The notes under the pieces: generated by a model | What the model was told of the DNA's origin: nothing | Database searches by the model: none | The model's input: only the letters and a program-made list of their open reading frames with translations | Made by a program: the position numbers and the translations under genes | Part shown: piece by piece, positions 23,513-34,396 of the stretch | How the letters are laid out: each line of letters begins with the position of its first letter | How positions within the stretch are numbered: position 1 is the first letter of the stretch | Source of the DNA: Salisapilia sapeloensis CBS 127946 | Lineage: Eukaryota > Protista > Oomycota | NCBI GenBank assembly: GCA_023334545.1 | Contig: JAADVB010000080.1 | Span: forward strand, 6,129 to 70,128 | Direction of reading: 5' to 3' | Length of the DNA stretch: 64,000 nucleotides

Positions 23513-25513
23513 ATGCGCGGATTGAGCCGGAAGTGGAAGGACAAGAGGAAGAGTCGGCGCGGTCCAGAGATGGACAATTTCCGCTCCACGACCCACGGCG
23601 GTGCGTCGTCTTCGGAATGGTCTAGCAGTGACGCATCTCTCGCCAGTCTCGATAAGGAGCCTCTCGTGACGCATATCAAGACACGCAACACACATGCTAG
23701 TAGTGTCCAGACGGCCGCCACGAGTGAATTTAGTCCCGAGAGCAGTGGTCACTCGGACTCGCCAGACCTGGCATCCGTCCAGCAGGACATGACAGCCATG
23801 AAAGAGGAGTTCGCGAGCTTTAAGCGAGAGGTCATGAATGAAATGCATGTGATGAAATACGACCTAATGAAGGAAATGACAATGCTTAAAGGCAGTATCG
23901 CACAACTCGCGGATGCGCTCCACACCTCTACATCCTCCTCCCCATCTCCAGAGAGACTGTCGCGAGATCAGGTCGCCACCATCTCGAAAAAGCCTTCGAG
24001 ACTCACCAATGGCACCTCGCGATCACCCGGTGGTGAAATTCGCAATGGTGTACGAGATAGCACTGCTCCAACGGCCGTTCGTGCAAGCTCTCGCGTTTCT
24101 CAGCTCGCTCCTGTCGACGACAAGGCGTTGTCGACCCCTCTCGCGCAGTCAAATATCGACAAAATGTTCCCACTCATCGATTTCTCCACGGATATACCTC
24201 GTATAGCTGCTCAGCTGCTGGATGGAACACGCATGTGGGCACTGCAGCGAGTGCAGTCGTGGCTAGATTCAGCTTTTAACGTTGGATCCGATATGATGCT
24301 CGCCTGTGTGGGCGACAGTGGCACTGGCAAAACGACGTTTATGGCTGTGTGCTGCGAGCAGTTCCCATCGAACATTCTCGCCAGCCACTTTTGTAAGTTT
24401 GACCGCAAAGTGCGCAGTGTGCCTCGTCACTTCCTCCTGTCCGTCGTTCACCAAGTGGTGGACAAGATGCCAGCCTATAAGAACCAGTTGGCGAGACTGA
24501 ACCTGCGCTACGTGCTTCAGGAAAAGGACGCGTACGTCCTCGCATCCAAGGTCCTGCTCGAGCCTCTCAATGCAGTGGACGAACCAATTACGCCCATGAT
24601 GATGGTGATCGACGGCCTAGACCAGTGCGATTCGAACGGTCGTAATGAGCTGTTAGAGTTCTTGTCCGCCATTTCCCCTGAGCTCCCCAACTGGCTCGGG
24701 ATCCTCTTCTCGAGCAAACCAGAGCCAAACCTTGCACAAAAGCTTCCCATCTCATCCATGCTCGACTTTAGTCCGATCAACAAGAAATTCGTCGAGGACA
24801 CGTCTCCGTTCATCAACGACATGCTCTCTGTCTTCCATCCGGACGATCAGGAAGAGGCGAAGACGTTGCTGCAAGAGAAGGCTGGAGGCAACTTCTCCTA
24901 CCTCGAATTCACAAAGCTGGCGCTGTCTCAGCCGAGCATGGGCAATGGCGGCTCGCACTTCCCATTAGACGCACTAGACGACCTGCCCGAATCTCTCTAC
25001 GCCATATACAATGAGATATTCGAAGACAAGTTTGGTAAGGGACATAGTCGGATATGGCGAAAGGTACAGCCTCTCCTCCAGCTGATTGTTGCCGCCGCCT
25101 CTGGGCCGTACTCGCTCGTGCGCGAGACCAAGGCGCAAGAGCATTTATCCTTATCCAAGGATGAAGCTAAGTCGATTCGACGAGCGCTGGCAGATATTGT
25201 GAGTGTCAAGGACGACGTGTACCGGATCGAGCGGTCAGCAGTGTTTGACTGGCTGACCGCGCCCGAGCGACAGCATGAAAAGTTTTATTTCAACGTCGAC
25301 GAAGCGCTGCGTGCGTACAAAGTATACGCCAAGAAGGACACTTCTCAGCGAAGAGGTCAAGATAAAGGCTCACCTTCTGGAAGCTCGACGGACGGGTCTG
25401 TCATCTCCAAGGACAGCAGTGGCTACCGGACTCCTGATAACAGTTTCGATCGAAAGTCTCGACCAACTCGCAGCACAGCCGAGCCTGTTAGCATTTTGAA
25501 GCGAAGAAATTAA
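23513..25513 (+). CDS. NACHT/STAND-like P-loop NTPase with N-terminal coiled coil
   Basis: Walker A GDSGTGKT, ILASHFCK motif, Walker B MMVIDGLDQC; upstream coiled segment MKEEFASFKREVMNEMHVMKYDL; no repeat domain at the C-terminus. Confidence 0.7.
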   Translation: MRGLSRKWKDKRKSRRGPEMDNFRSTTHGGASSSEWSSSDASLASLDKEPLVTHIKTRNTHASSVQTAATSEFSPESSGHSDSPDLASVQQDMTAMKEEFASFKREVMNEMHVMKYDLMKEMTMLKGSIAQLADALHTSTSSSPSPERLSRDQVATISKKPSRLTNGTSRSPGGEIRNGVRDSTAPTAVRASSRVSQLAPVDDKALSTPLAQSNIDKMFPLIDFSTDIPRIAAQLLDGTRMWALQRVQSWLDSAFNVGSDMMLACVGDSGTGKTTFMAVCCEQFPSNILASHFCKFDRKVRSVPRHFLLSVVHQVVDKMPAYKNQLARLNLRYVLQEKDAYVLASKVLLEPLNAVDEPITPMMMVIDGLDQCDSNGRNELLEFLSAISPELPNWLGILFSSKPEPNLAQKLPISSMLDFSPINKKFVEDTSPFINDMLSVFHPDDQEEAKTLLQEKAGGNFSYLEFTKLALSQPSMGNGGSHFPLDALDDLPESLYAIYNEIFEDKFGKGHSRIWRKVQPLLQLIVAAASGPYSLVRETKAQEHLSLSKDEAKSIRRALADIVSVKDDVYRIERSAVFDWLTAPERQHEKFYFNVDEALRAYKVYAKKDTSQRRGQDKGSPSGSSTDGSVISKDSSGYRTPDNSFDRKSRPTRSTAEPVSILKRRN

Positions 25514-25608
25514 TGGTCAAATACTCTGGATAGAGTGCTGCAAGACGAACGTTGTTGGTGTAGCGATCCAAAGGAAGAACGTGAGGCAACGTGTATCTTA
25601 ACGCAAAT

Positions 25609-28600
25609 CTAGTTTTTAATTTTTGATGGACGATGACGTCGATTCCCTTTGCCTCCTTTACTCCCCGCTGTCGTTCGTACGGTGGCTAATAGCTCAGAAA
25701 AGTTACCGCCGCTGGAAGGGATGCCGACCTCGGATGCCAAGGTTTCCAGTGCGAGCACCATGTACTGCAAAGCTTGCTCGCTCGTCTCGCCACAACATAG
25801 CATCCCCAATACGCCTTCCACAAGGCTGTTGGTCAGTAGAAAGGTCGTCCCGACGCTATGGTCTACGTCAAAGCAGACGCCATGGAGACGGCATGTCTGG
25901 AAGAAAGCGTTATAAGTCTTGGTCGAGAGACCTGGATGCGAGATGTAATCGATGGTCAAGTATGCGCGTGGTGGACCTGATACTTGATGTGGCTTTAGAT
26001 TCTTCACAGCATCTCGGACAAGCATCGAGCCTGGTTCAGGAGTTGAAGGAACGGTATCGACCACAGCTTCCACTTGTGCTCTGGACAGGTGGTAGAACCC
26101 TGTGGTATCGTCCACTGCTCCTTGTGTCACGAGACGAAACGCCGTGAAGGAGCAGGCTGAATTTGTTAAAAATGGATAGATAGCAAGTGCCCACATCTTA
26201 GGTGCCTGTTTGAGTTTGTCCTCAAAAACCATATAGTCGATGCTTAGATATCCAATAAAACTATCTTGTGCAAGCAACTTGGCAATAGCGCTCGTAGCTC
26301 CCTGTATAGCTTCATGCGGTATAATGGTCTGAGGGAAAGCATAGCCGATTGTTCGTCGCTGATGAGGAGTAAACTGTCCGCTATTCGAAACTGCGTGCTG
26401 TGTACTCATCAGCAGCACGTTACTAGATGGCTCAACAAGCACATTCGCGCGAACAACTCCTTTCACAGTCCGTGGAGCAGCTTCAATGACCACTCCAAAC
26501 CGCTTGATCGCGTCGACGTACGTCTGCCAATCGGGATAGTCTTCATCAAAACAAAATTTGGCCAAGCGGCAAAGTGATGGCTCGAGTTCAGCTAGAATTG
26601 CTCGTCCAGCAATGTCACGTGCACCAGGCTCTCGATAATACTCCGCAGGTCGACGCTCTTTGCGAATACTTTGTACAATGTGAAGATAAGACACGTCTAC
26701 AACTGCCATACTCCGGTCTAAAGGATCGTAATCCAGTTTAAAGTACCATACATCTTGATCGAGTTGCGAAATGATGAGCTTGGTGAGTGACAAGCAAAGA
26801 TCTGCCTCATCATAGATATCGTACTTGCCGACCGGGACGTTCACGTCTGCCTTCATAAATAACCGCTTGGCTCCCGACCTGGTCAGGAGTGGAATAACAC
26901 TACTTGGGTCAGGACCAAGCATTGGTATGCCCAATGTCAAAGCTAACTTTCTATCTTCTAATCCTGGAACACCTGGAACCAAGTACGCTTCTTTACCTTT
27001 GACAAGAGTACGAATGCGCTTAAGACACTGCGGCGAGTACAACAAGATCGTAGTCAAAGAGAAATGTGCTGGGAATTGTTCCGTATGCTCTGGCACCAGA
27101 AATTTAACACGTCGACTAGAAGACTGACCTGGATTCCGAATTTGCAGTAGCTTTGAATAGTAATGAACGACGTCCGGAGGCAACTCGTACGGTGTTATGT
27201 AGATAATGTCGACGTTTGAATCACCAACTTCACCGATGCGAGGTAGCTGCATGTTCTGCTTAATAGCAAAGTCCTCCATACGCAGTCGAGTTTGTTCGTC
27301 GATCGAAAGTGAAGGTACATGCACGATGACTCGGCGCTCAGTCTGGATCTTGGACCAATTCTCTCGCAGTTTCTGGCATCGTGATTCCCATTGAATGTCC
27401 AACTTGGAGCGAATGTTCTTAAGTCTACGTTTTAGCGTGACATAACTGTGGTATGCTTTCCAGCAAGTTTGGATAATAACGATACTTTCATCTCTCAATT
27501 TATAGCGACGAAAGCGACCGCGATGGATGCACATCCGAAAGAATGCCTGCAAAGTAGTTGCAGCCCTTTTCCTTCGATCTTTGCCCTTGTATCGTTGTCC
27601 AGGTCGCGCGATCAGTGCGGTAACCTGGGCATCATTAAGAATGCATGCCATCAACTCCTCCTTTGTAAACGACATCTTCGCCATAGCTGCGAGATTTGCC
27701 ACACGCTTTCCATCAATATTTGCCATCGGTACGAAGTAGTGCGTGAGAAACATTTCAAGTGCCCGAATAACATCTTCAATATCCCCCCATTGATCTTCCA
27801 TTCCTTTCCGAAAGGTGAGGTACTCAGGCGTATCACGCATAGTCTTTCCTCTGTATATGGCGAACTTGTGCAATGTATGTTTGCCAACAAGATCATCTGC
27901 AGCCCTCAACTGCTTTACTTTTTGTAAATTTTTATCTTTGACTACCTTTGCATCACGACCCACTTGACGCTCGTCCCCACCTTCGTTACCCGAGTCGCTT
28001 TGGTTGGATGAGTACAGGGGTGACTTTGTACGATTCGTCAGTGTCCTTCTCGTGCTAGAATCCTCCAAAGATATGTCAATTCGTTTTAAACTGCGTTGTA
28101 GCATGTCCGCACTTTTATCTTCTCTCCATTTGTCTGGTGAAACCTCGGTCGACATTGTTCCACTTTCCTCCGGGGGCATAAGCATCTTCAAATCAAACTT
28201 GAGCGAAGTCACGTTCACTCCAGCTGCATTAGAATGAGGTATAGCTTTACAGGACTGTTGTTGACGGCTGTAGAGACTTGGCTTTGTCTGGTGAAGCAAG
28301 CGATCTCCGCCCTTGTTAAACGCCAAAGACAAATCCGAGTCTGGTGGTACGAAACCGCGATTAATCAGGCTCAGTAATCCAGCGTCAGCATCTTCCGCTT
28401 CTATTACAGGAGCTGGAGCAGTTGGATCAATCTTGTTGACATTAGGCAAAAACCGCCTCGGCTGAGAAGTTTTCTTCTTCATAATCTTTCCCTTACTTGA
28501 CTCTCGACGACGGACATCCTGTTCTCGAGAACGTGTGCGCTCATTTGGTATCCGGTTTCGAAAGTATTCAATGTCATGTTCATGGGTTGCCAAAAGCGAA

Positions 28601-28959
28601 TCACTGCGTCGTCGTTCCAGTTTAGAGACTGTGTCCGGTGAAGCAGTATGATTATACACAGACGGAAGAATTGGGTTTCCAGCAGGCTGGTTGCTCGTTT
28701 TAACAAGCCCATCCAAAACAACCTCTGCTTTCGCATGCAACTCTGCTTCAGCCTTCTGCAAAACTTCTTGAAAGGCAGCGATATGAGTTGCCGTAGCAGT
28801 ACTTGAGCGCACAGAAGTGGTCGCAGCGGAAGAAGTATTTGATCCATAAGGCATAGCATCTTGACCGATTCGCTCACGCATGATCCGAAGCTCTTCTTTC
28901 GTCTGTAGCAAGATCCGCCCTACATCTTCCACATGCCTCTGCTGCTCGATCCTCTCCAT
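25609..28959 (-). CDS. IQCH: IQ motif-containing protein H (IQCH)-like
   Basis: IQ-like motifs TLQAFFRM and IIQTCWKAY, followed by the conserved RRVIVHVPSLS...QN.QLPR...VDIIYITP...YY.KLL block and an ATP-grasp-like C-terminal half; intronless, 1116 aa. Confidence 0.8.
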   Translation of the reverse strand: MERIEQQRHVEDVGRILLQTKEELRIMRERIGQDAMPYGSNTSSAATTSVRSSTATATHIAAFQEVLQKAEAELHAKAEVVLDGLVKTSNQPAGNPILPSVYNHTASPDTVSKLERRRSDSLLATHEHDIEYFRNRIPNERTRSREQDVRRRESSKGKIMKKKTSQPRRFLPNVNKIDPTAPAPVIEAEDADAGLLSLINRGFVPPDSDLSLAFNKGGDRLLHQTKPSLYSRQQQSCKAIPHSNAAGVNVTSLKFDLKMLMPPEESGTMSTEVSPDKWREDKSADMLQRSLKRIDISLEDSSTRRTLTNRTKSPLYSSNQSDSGNEGGDERQVGRDAKVVKDKNLQKVKQLRAADDLVGKHTLHKFAIYRGKTMRDTPEYLTFRKGMEDQWGDIEDVIRALEMFLTHYFVPMANIDGKRVANLAAMAKMSFTKEELMACILNDAQVTALIARPGQRYKGKDRRKRAATTLQAFFRMCIHRGRFRRYKLRDESIVIIQTCWKAYHSYVTLKRRLKNIRSKLDIQWESRCQKLRENWSKIQTERRVIVHVPSLSIDEQTRLRMEDFAIKQNMQLPRIGEVGDSNVDIIYITPYELPPDVVHYYSKLLQIRNPGQSSSRRVKFLVPEHTEQFPAHFSLTTILLYSPQCLKRIRTLVKGKEAYLVPGVPGLEDRKLALTLGIPMLGPDPSSVIPLLTRSGAKRLFMKADVNVPVGKYDIYDEADLCLSLTKLIISQLDQDVWYFKLDYDPLDRSMAVVDVSYLHIVQSIRKERRPAEYYREPGARDIAGRAILAELEPSLCRLAKFCFDEDYPDWQTYVDAIKRFGVVIEAAPRTVKGVVRANVLVEPSSNVLLMSTQHAVSNSGQFTPHQRRTIGYAFPQTIIPHEAIQGATSAIAKLLAQDSFIGYLSIDYMVFEDKLKQAPKMWALAIYPFLTNSACSFTAFRLVTQGAVDDTTGFYHLSRAQVEAVVDTVPSTPEPGSMLVRDAVKNLKPHQVSGPPRAYLTIDYISHPGLSTKTYNAFFQTCRLHGVCFDVDHSVGTTFLLTNSLVEGVLGMLCCGETSEQALQYMVLALETLASEVGIPSSGGNFSELLATVRTTAGSKGGKGNRRHRPSKIKN

Positions 28960-29189
28960 CTCAATTCAATTTCCGCAGCCTCTACTGTAAATTTAGATGC
29001 ATGTAATCTACCTCGCAATATCCAAAAATAGATTAACTTGTACGTCATGGATAATCGTTTTACCCAATGACACCATCCTAATGCTATGATCCGAGGACGC
29101 TGCTAAGCCTAATGGCGAAAAGGAGCTCATACCCGGCAGAATTTTCTACAGCCAGAATATAAAAAACAACCGTTGTGCTTGAAACCAAG

Positions 29190-30321
29190 ATGATGCCATG
29201 TCCAGCACCAACGTCAGTACCTGAAAAATACACAGCCACATCGGCAGAAGGTTATATCACCAAACGAGGTCACGTCCGTAAGTCGTGGAAACGTAGGTAT
29301 CTTGTCTTGGACGGAGCTACTTTGCAAGTGCGATACTACGAGAGCAAAGACGTCAGTAAAACAGATCCAGGTAGCACCAAGGGTAGCTTTGTCTTGACTA
29401 GCGTGAAGAAAGAAGATTTCGAAGGAATCTTTCCCGAGTCCAAGTCTGTGTTCAAGATGTTTGGGCATGCATCAAGAGGGACGCCGCACGGTTTTATCAT
29501 GACAGGCCATACGCCAGGAAAAGGAAAGGTGTTGTTGGAAGCTGTGACCTCTTCCAAAGTGGAAGCCGATCGCTGGGTAGAAATTGCTAACAATGCCTTG
29601 CAAGCAAGCAAAGCAAATTACCTCGAGAACTCGTCGGGTCAGTGATACTTATGGATATATGCAGCTGTCACTGTCTAATAAGGTTTGTGTACAGGTGAGA
29701 AACGACAATTAGGTCGTACTGCTAGTGATTCCGATGCGATGACGATGAAAGCCACAAAGAGCGAATTCTTGAAAGATGCCTTAAAGGATCTTGAATCTGC
29801 CAAATCTGTGGGTAGAGAAGCTTGTAACGAAATAGCCATCCAAGGAGGTACTCAGTTGCATACCATAGTACACAGTGCGCTTCATGAACACTGAGCCGTT
29901 TATAGAAAAGCTGGACAATATCGAAGCTCGGCTGGAGTCTATGCATGCCGATCTGGACTATGGCGATCGTATCTTGCAGCATATGCAGCGTCCACTGCTT
30001 CACCTACTATCCAAATCTGGTCGTCCAACAGCAAAGGCGCATTCCAGCCGGAAAAATAAGATGATAGGACCAGCCAGTATGCCCGACCTGTTTGGCTCTG
30101 GTATGTGGCGAGGTGGCAGCAGCGATTCTGATGGTGACCTGCACAAAATCGCCATGGCGCTAACAGAGCTAGAGGAACAGGCTGCCGCTATCAATGTGGA
30201 AGCGACAAAGACGACAATGCAAGTTGGGACTATCGCGGAGCAGCTGCGTAAAGTCGATTCGCGCGTGCAGGGGCAGACCAAGGCAGCAAAAAAGCAAATA
30301 GGCAGCGCTAATTTGTTTTAG
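29190..30321 (+). CDS. PH-domain-containing SNAP-25-like (Qbc) SNARE, 3 exons
   Basis: PH domain (EGYITKRGHVRKSWKRRYLVL...EADRWVEI), then two heptad motifs after splicing: ...EIAIQGEKLDNIEARLESM... and DGDLHKIAMALTEL...QLRKVDSRV. Both introns keep the frame in phase 1. Confidence 0.75.
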
Positions 30322-30387
30322 AAGATGTGCGTGGAAAAATGGATGTTAGTTTTGGTGCTAACCAATGTGCTTTGTGGTTTTATGGTC

Positions 30388-30896
30388 TTAAAACGGTGAT
30401 TTCGGTGGCGCTACGCCTCGATCCATAAAGTGTTGACGACGGACGAGACGTTCATGGCGCTTGTAGTCACCCGCGATGTCTTGGGTTTTGTACTTTGCTC
30501 CTTCGTCCGCTGTGGCCTGTCCTTCGTACCTTTTTCCGTTCTTGTAAACGTAGCTTTTCACGCCCGAGTCTGTAATGCCAAGAGCATGTCAGTCGAGTTT
30601 AAGGAAATGCATGCTGTATAGCGATTACGCACCTGTCTTTCGACGTGGTGTAATAATCTTGATGTATCCGATTTGCGCCTGGGCCTTCTCTATCAACTTG
30701 GCAACTCTATCAATACACCATGTCAATCCTATCATCCTTACTATTCGCCTCTTTCAGCATACTCTTTCGGATCCGTGGTGTCCCGATGCTCTCTAAACTC
30801 CGACCGTACTCGTTGCAACGTCTCTTCCCTCTGCCCCTCTGGAAGCGACTTTGCCAGTGCCAGGAGCTTCTTGTACAACGGTCTCAGCTCCGCCAT
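30388..30896 (-). CDS. LYR-motif (Complex1_LYR family) mitochondrial protein, 3 exons
   Basis: MAELRPLYKKLLALAK...RVRSEFREHR, then AQAQIGYIKIITPR and a C-terminal RHERLVRRQHFMDR; LYK plus downstream F pattern. Confidence 0.75.
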
Positions 30897-30988
30897 TTCG
30901 ATTTGTGCCTTTCGTGTCCACTTTTTGTTGTCACCAGTCTGTACCGTTAGCACATCACATACCGAACCAACTTATTTTCGACCGGATC

Positions 30989-33122
30989 ATGGCCAAGCGA
31001 ACGCATTCCGACATGGCGAGTGGGGGCAACCTGCTTAGCAGTATGCTCTCATCCATGTCAAAAACGAATGAGAGCGCCAGGTCCGCCCAGCAGGCTGAAG
31101 CTCGCACCGAAAGGGTGGCTGCAGGTCGTGGTCAGAGCATCAGTGTCGACAGCACAGACGCCTCCCCCGACACGGCACTTGGTACTTTCCTACAGGAACT
31201 GCAGTCTGAAATTGCCGTCCAAGCTCCTGGGGCCGTCGTGGAAGTTGAGCTACGCTTTGGTCGCATCACCTCTCGTCTCCAAGAGACTCGCTGTCGCCCA
31301 TCTCAAGACGGTGTCAATGCTGCCATCGCACTGACGTCGGACATGATGAAGGCGAGTGGTGCAAGGTTTGCTCCTGGCGTAGCTGAGAACTGGTATCCGG
31401 TGTTTGAGAAGCGCGTTCATCAACTGTGGCAAAGTGGGAGCTTTGGGAAACACACGGAAAAGCAAGTGTCTCGCACACTGCCAAACAGTCAGCGTATCAT
31501 TGAGATGGTAGATGCTGACACCAACATGAAACGACCTCCGCAGCTCCAGACGAAGCAACGTGTTAAGAGTCTGGATATATTCCTCCCTCACTGCCCGTTT
31601 GACTGCCGGCTGTCCGTGTCGATAGAGTACCCGATGCAGGATCTTTCAGACGGCACAGAGGAACTTCCTGCCGCTGAAAGTGTTCGTCACAAAGATCGAG
31701 AGTCTGCCGTCGGTCGAGACCTTCGTATCGACCTCACAAAAGTCAAAGAAGAGCACTCGAACTCCAATTCATTCGAAGTCGAAGTCGAATTGAACGACCG
31801 CGTCGTCAACGAATGGCTGGAGGTAGCACAAGACCCGAGTGAAGGGTGGAAAGCTGCGAACCAAGCCGGTGCACACCTTTGGCGCATGGTCAAGTTCTTC
31901 ATGCCAGAAGCCGGCCAAGCCTTTCAGCGCAGCTGGAGTTTTAACGGCAGTGACCAAGTTCGCGAAAGCTACGAAGATCGTTTAAACACTCGTGGTAAAT
32001 TCGGTGGCACCATGCCTGTCGGATTCGCGAGATGGCACATTCCTCTCGTCAAGCGGAAAGAGTACTTTGTGTCTGAAAAAACGGACGGCGTGCGCTACTT
32101 TCTCGTCGTCGCGGCCGGTAATGCTGTGCTAGTGGACAGGTCGAACAACGCTTTCACTGCATCTGGCCTCGATCTACTGAGTCTCTTGCTTCCAGAAGGC
32201 ACTGTTCTCGATGGAGAATTTGTCGTACGTTTCTATTCCAAAGGTTTACGAAGGCACTTGTCTAACCCTGTTCTAGTTCCACCAAGGAGAGAAGCGATTT
32301 GTCTTTTTAGCCTTTGATATCATTGCCACAGGAAATGCTCCTGACGACTCGCATGTGGATAAATCCTTTGCCGAGCGCCTTCGCATCCTTAACGACTTCC
32401 TATCTGAAAAGTACACTCTCCTACAAGTTCTAGCAAGATAGAGTCTAACCTGTTGCATCCGTAGTGGACCCTATGCCACAGGTATGCAAAGCCATGGTCT
32501 CCATCGCCACGCCGTCCTTCCTCTCCTACGGAAGAAGTGGTTCCCACTAAAACAATTGGCGCAAGTCTTCCAGCTCATCCAGAGTGTCAAGAAGCGTGAC
32601 GGTAGCCTCGCTCGAATCTACCGCGACGGCAAGCGAGAGCACTATACGGACGGCGTCATCTTTTGCCCCAACTCTCGGTACGTGTCGAACACGCACAGTG
32701 AGTACCTCAAGTGGAAGTGGAGCGATTTGATCACGGTCGACTTCACGACATACCTCCAGTCGGACGGAACGGTGTCACTTTCGTGCCCAGGACCAAAGCA
32801 CACGACGATCAGCCTCGACTCGATCGTCAAGACAGACCCGAGTGACCACGCGCAACTTCAAAAAGTGGTCTCGCAGTTCCCTTCCAGCTCTGCTGTCATC
32901 GAGTACGCTTTTGACGTCGACAAGGGCATGTGGCGCTACAAGTGCGTACGTCCGGACAAGGACGTCGGGAACTATATCAACACCGTCCTCGGGTCCGTCA
33001 TGAACATCGCCGAGGGTATCAGTGAAGAGGAACTACAGTTTCGTCTATTGCGTGAAGGTGGGGACAAGTGGAATGATCATATGAAAGGCATGCGTCGCTC
33101 TCTCCTCGACCAACATCGATAG
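30989..33122 (+). CDS. Bifunctional mRNA capping enzyme: CYTH/Cet1-type RNA triphosphatase fused to guanylyltransferase, 3 exons
   Basis: TTM motifs EVELRFG (31241), RHKDR/RIDLTKV and FEVEVE (about 31775). GTase motifs I SEKTDGVRY (Lys at 32078), III VLDGEF, IIIa FLAFDII, IV TDGVIF, V YLKWK and VI RPDK..GN. Confidence 0.9.
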
Positions 33123-33165
33123 ATTTCGTTCTTTTTAAACTCGCAAAAGGAAAAACAAGAAAACG

Positions 33166-34362
33166 TTATAGCACGCTCCGCCACAATTTGTTCAGCAGAT
33201 GCATGCACGCCTGGTTGTTCGTCACCCAGACGATAAATTTTGCACGTTGCGTCGGCGTCAAGATGTTCTGCAGCTGGTCCATCTCGGCGTCCAACGTCGC
33301 GTTCTTGTGCGCAGTCTCGGTCTTGAGCTCACTCACAAGAGACAAGGCGTTTCGGAGGTTCTCGCAGATCACAGCGATGCTGCCGCGCTGCTCCTGAATA
33401 CGCCGCTTCTGGTCCTCGGACAGACCCAGCTCCTTGGCAAGAATCACAGGCAGAGACGTCTCGTCCTCATCATCCTGCCAGAACGCATCGTCCTGACGCA
33501 AAGCCCAGATACACATCTTGGTCACTTGCGTCGGCAGCAGCAATCGCTCGATCTGGTGCAAATGGTAGCTAAGTGCCGACCGACGGCCGTGGCCATAGTC
33601 TGAGTACTGCTCCTTGAAGTTGTCGATCTTCTCCGCCAGTTCCTTCTCACTCGCGCCGTCTCGGATCATCTTCTCTAGCTCTTCACACACTTCCGTCTTC
33701 TCCTTTTCTTCCTGCTTAATTGCCTCCTTGCCCGCCCGGAGCTGTCCTCGGAGCTCCATGTTTTCCTTTTCCAGCTGACGACAGCGCTCTTCAACGCCCA
33801 GGATGTGCTCTCGCTTGCGCCGACGACACTCTCGAGCAGACTCCCGATTGCGTTCCAACTTGAGTCGTCGAGCCTCGTCGCTCGAACTTGCATCCGACTT
33901 GGATTTGCTGTAGGACGGCGTCGCAGGTTTCTTCCGACTGAGTTTGTGCTTTTCATTCAGAGCCTGATTGGCGCTCTCTAGGTTCTTGATGAGACTCACT
34001 TGCGTATCAGACAATGGCCGGCCGTCTTGCGTACGAGCTGTGTGGGCAGTGGACGTGTGAGACATCAGGGCCTCTTCCGCCGACCGCTTTTGCCCGACAC
34101 TCGAGCTTGTGCTGGAGCCCCCGTCTGTGCTAGACGGCGGCAGAAAGAGCTGTTCGTCAGACGTGTGGTCTAGCAAGGCGAATGGGTCCGCCTCGGAAGT
34201 CGCTTGCGTGGCGGTGCCATCCGCGGCCAAGTGCTCTGAGTTGAGCAATAGCCACGAGAAGACGTCTCGATTTGCTGGAGGAAGGGCATCATTGACACTG
34301 GCGGTCGGGGCGCTAAGTGCCGCGGTCATGCTCGGCGTCAATGGTAATGCCGTCTCCTTCAT
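33166..34362 (-). CDS. bZIP transcription factor
   Basis: Basic region RRLKLERNRESARECRRRKREH plus zipper, and a helical C-terminal domain (LLPTQVTKMCIW); start placed at ATG 34362. Confidence 0.88.
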   Translation of the reverse strand: MKETALPLTPSMTAALSAPTASVNDALPPANRDVFSWLLLNSEHLAADGTATQATSEADPFALLDHTSDEQLFLPPSSTDGGSSTSSSVGQKRSAEEALMSHTSTAHTARTQDGRPLSDTQVSLIKNLESANQALNEKHKLSRKKPATPSYSKSKSDASSSDEARRLKLERNRESARECRRRKREHILGVEERCRQLEKENMELRGQLRAGKEAIKQEEKEKTEVCEELEKMIRDGASEKELAEKIDNFKEQYSDYGHGRRSALSYHLHQIERLLLPTQVTKMCIWALRQDDAFWQDDEDETSLPVILAKELGLSEDQKRRIQEQRGSIAVICENLRNALSLVSELKTETAHKNATLDAEMDQLQNILTPTQRAKFIVWVTNNQACMHLLNKLWRSVL

Positions 34363-34396
34363 ATTTCTCAGTACTCCTTCTGCCGGTGCTAGGAAG

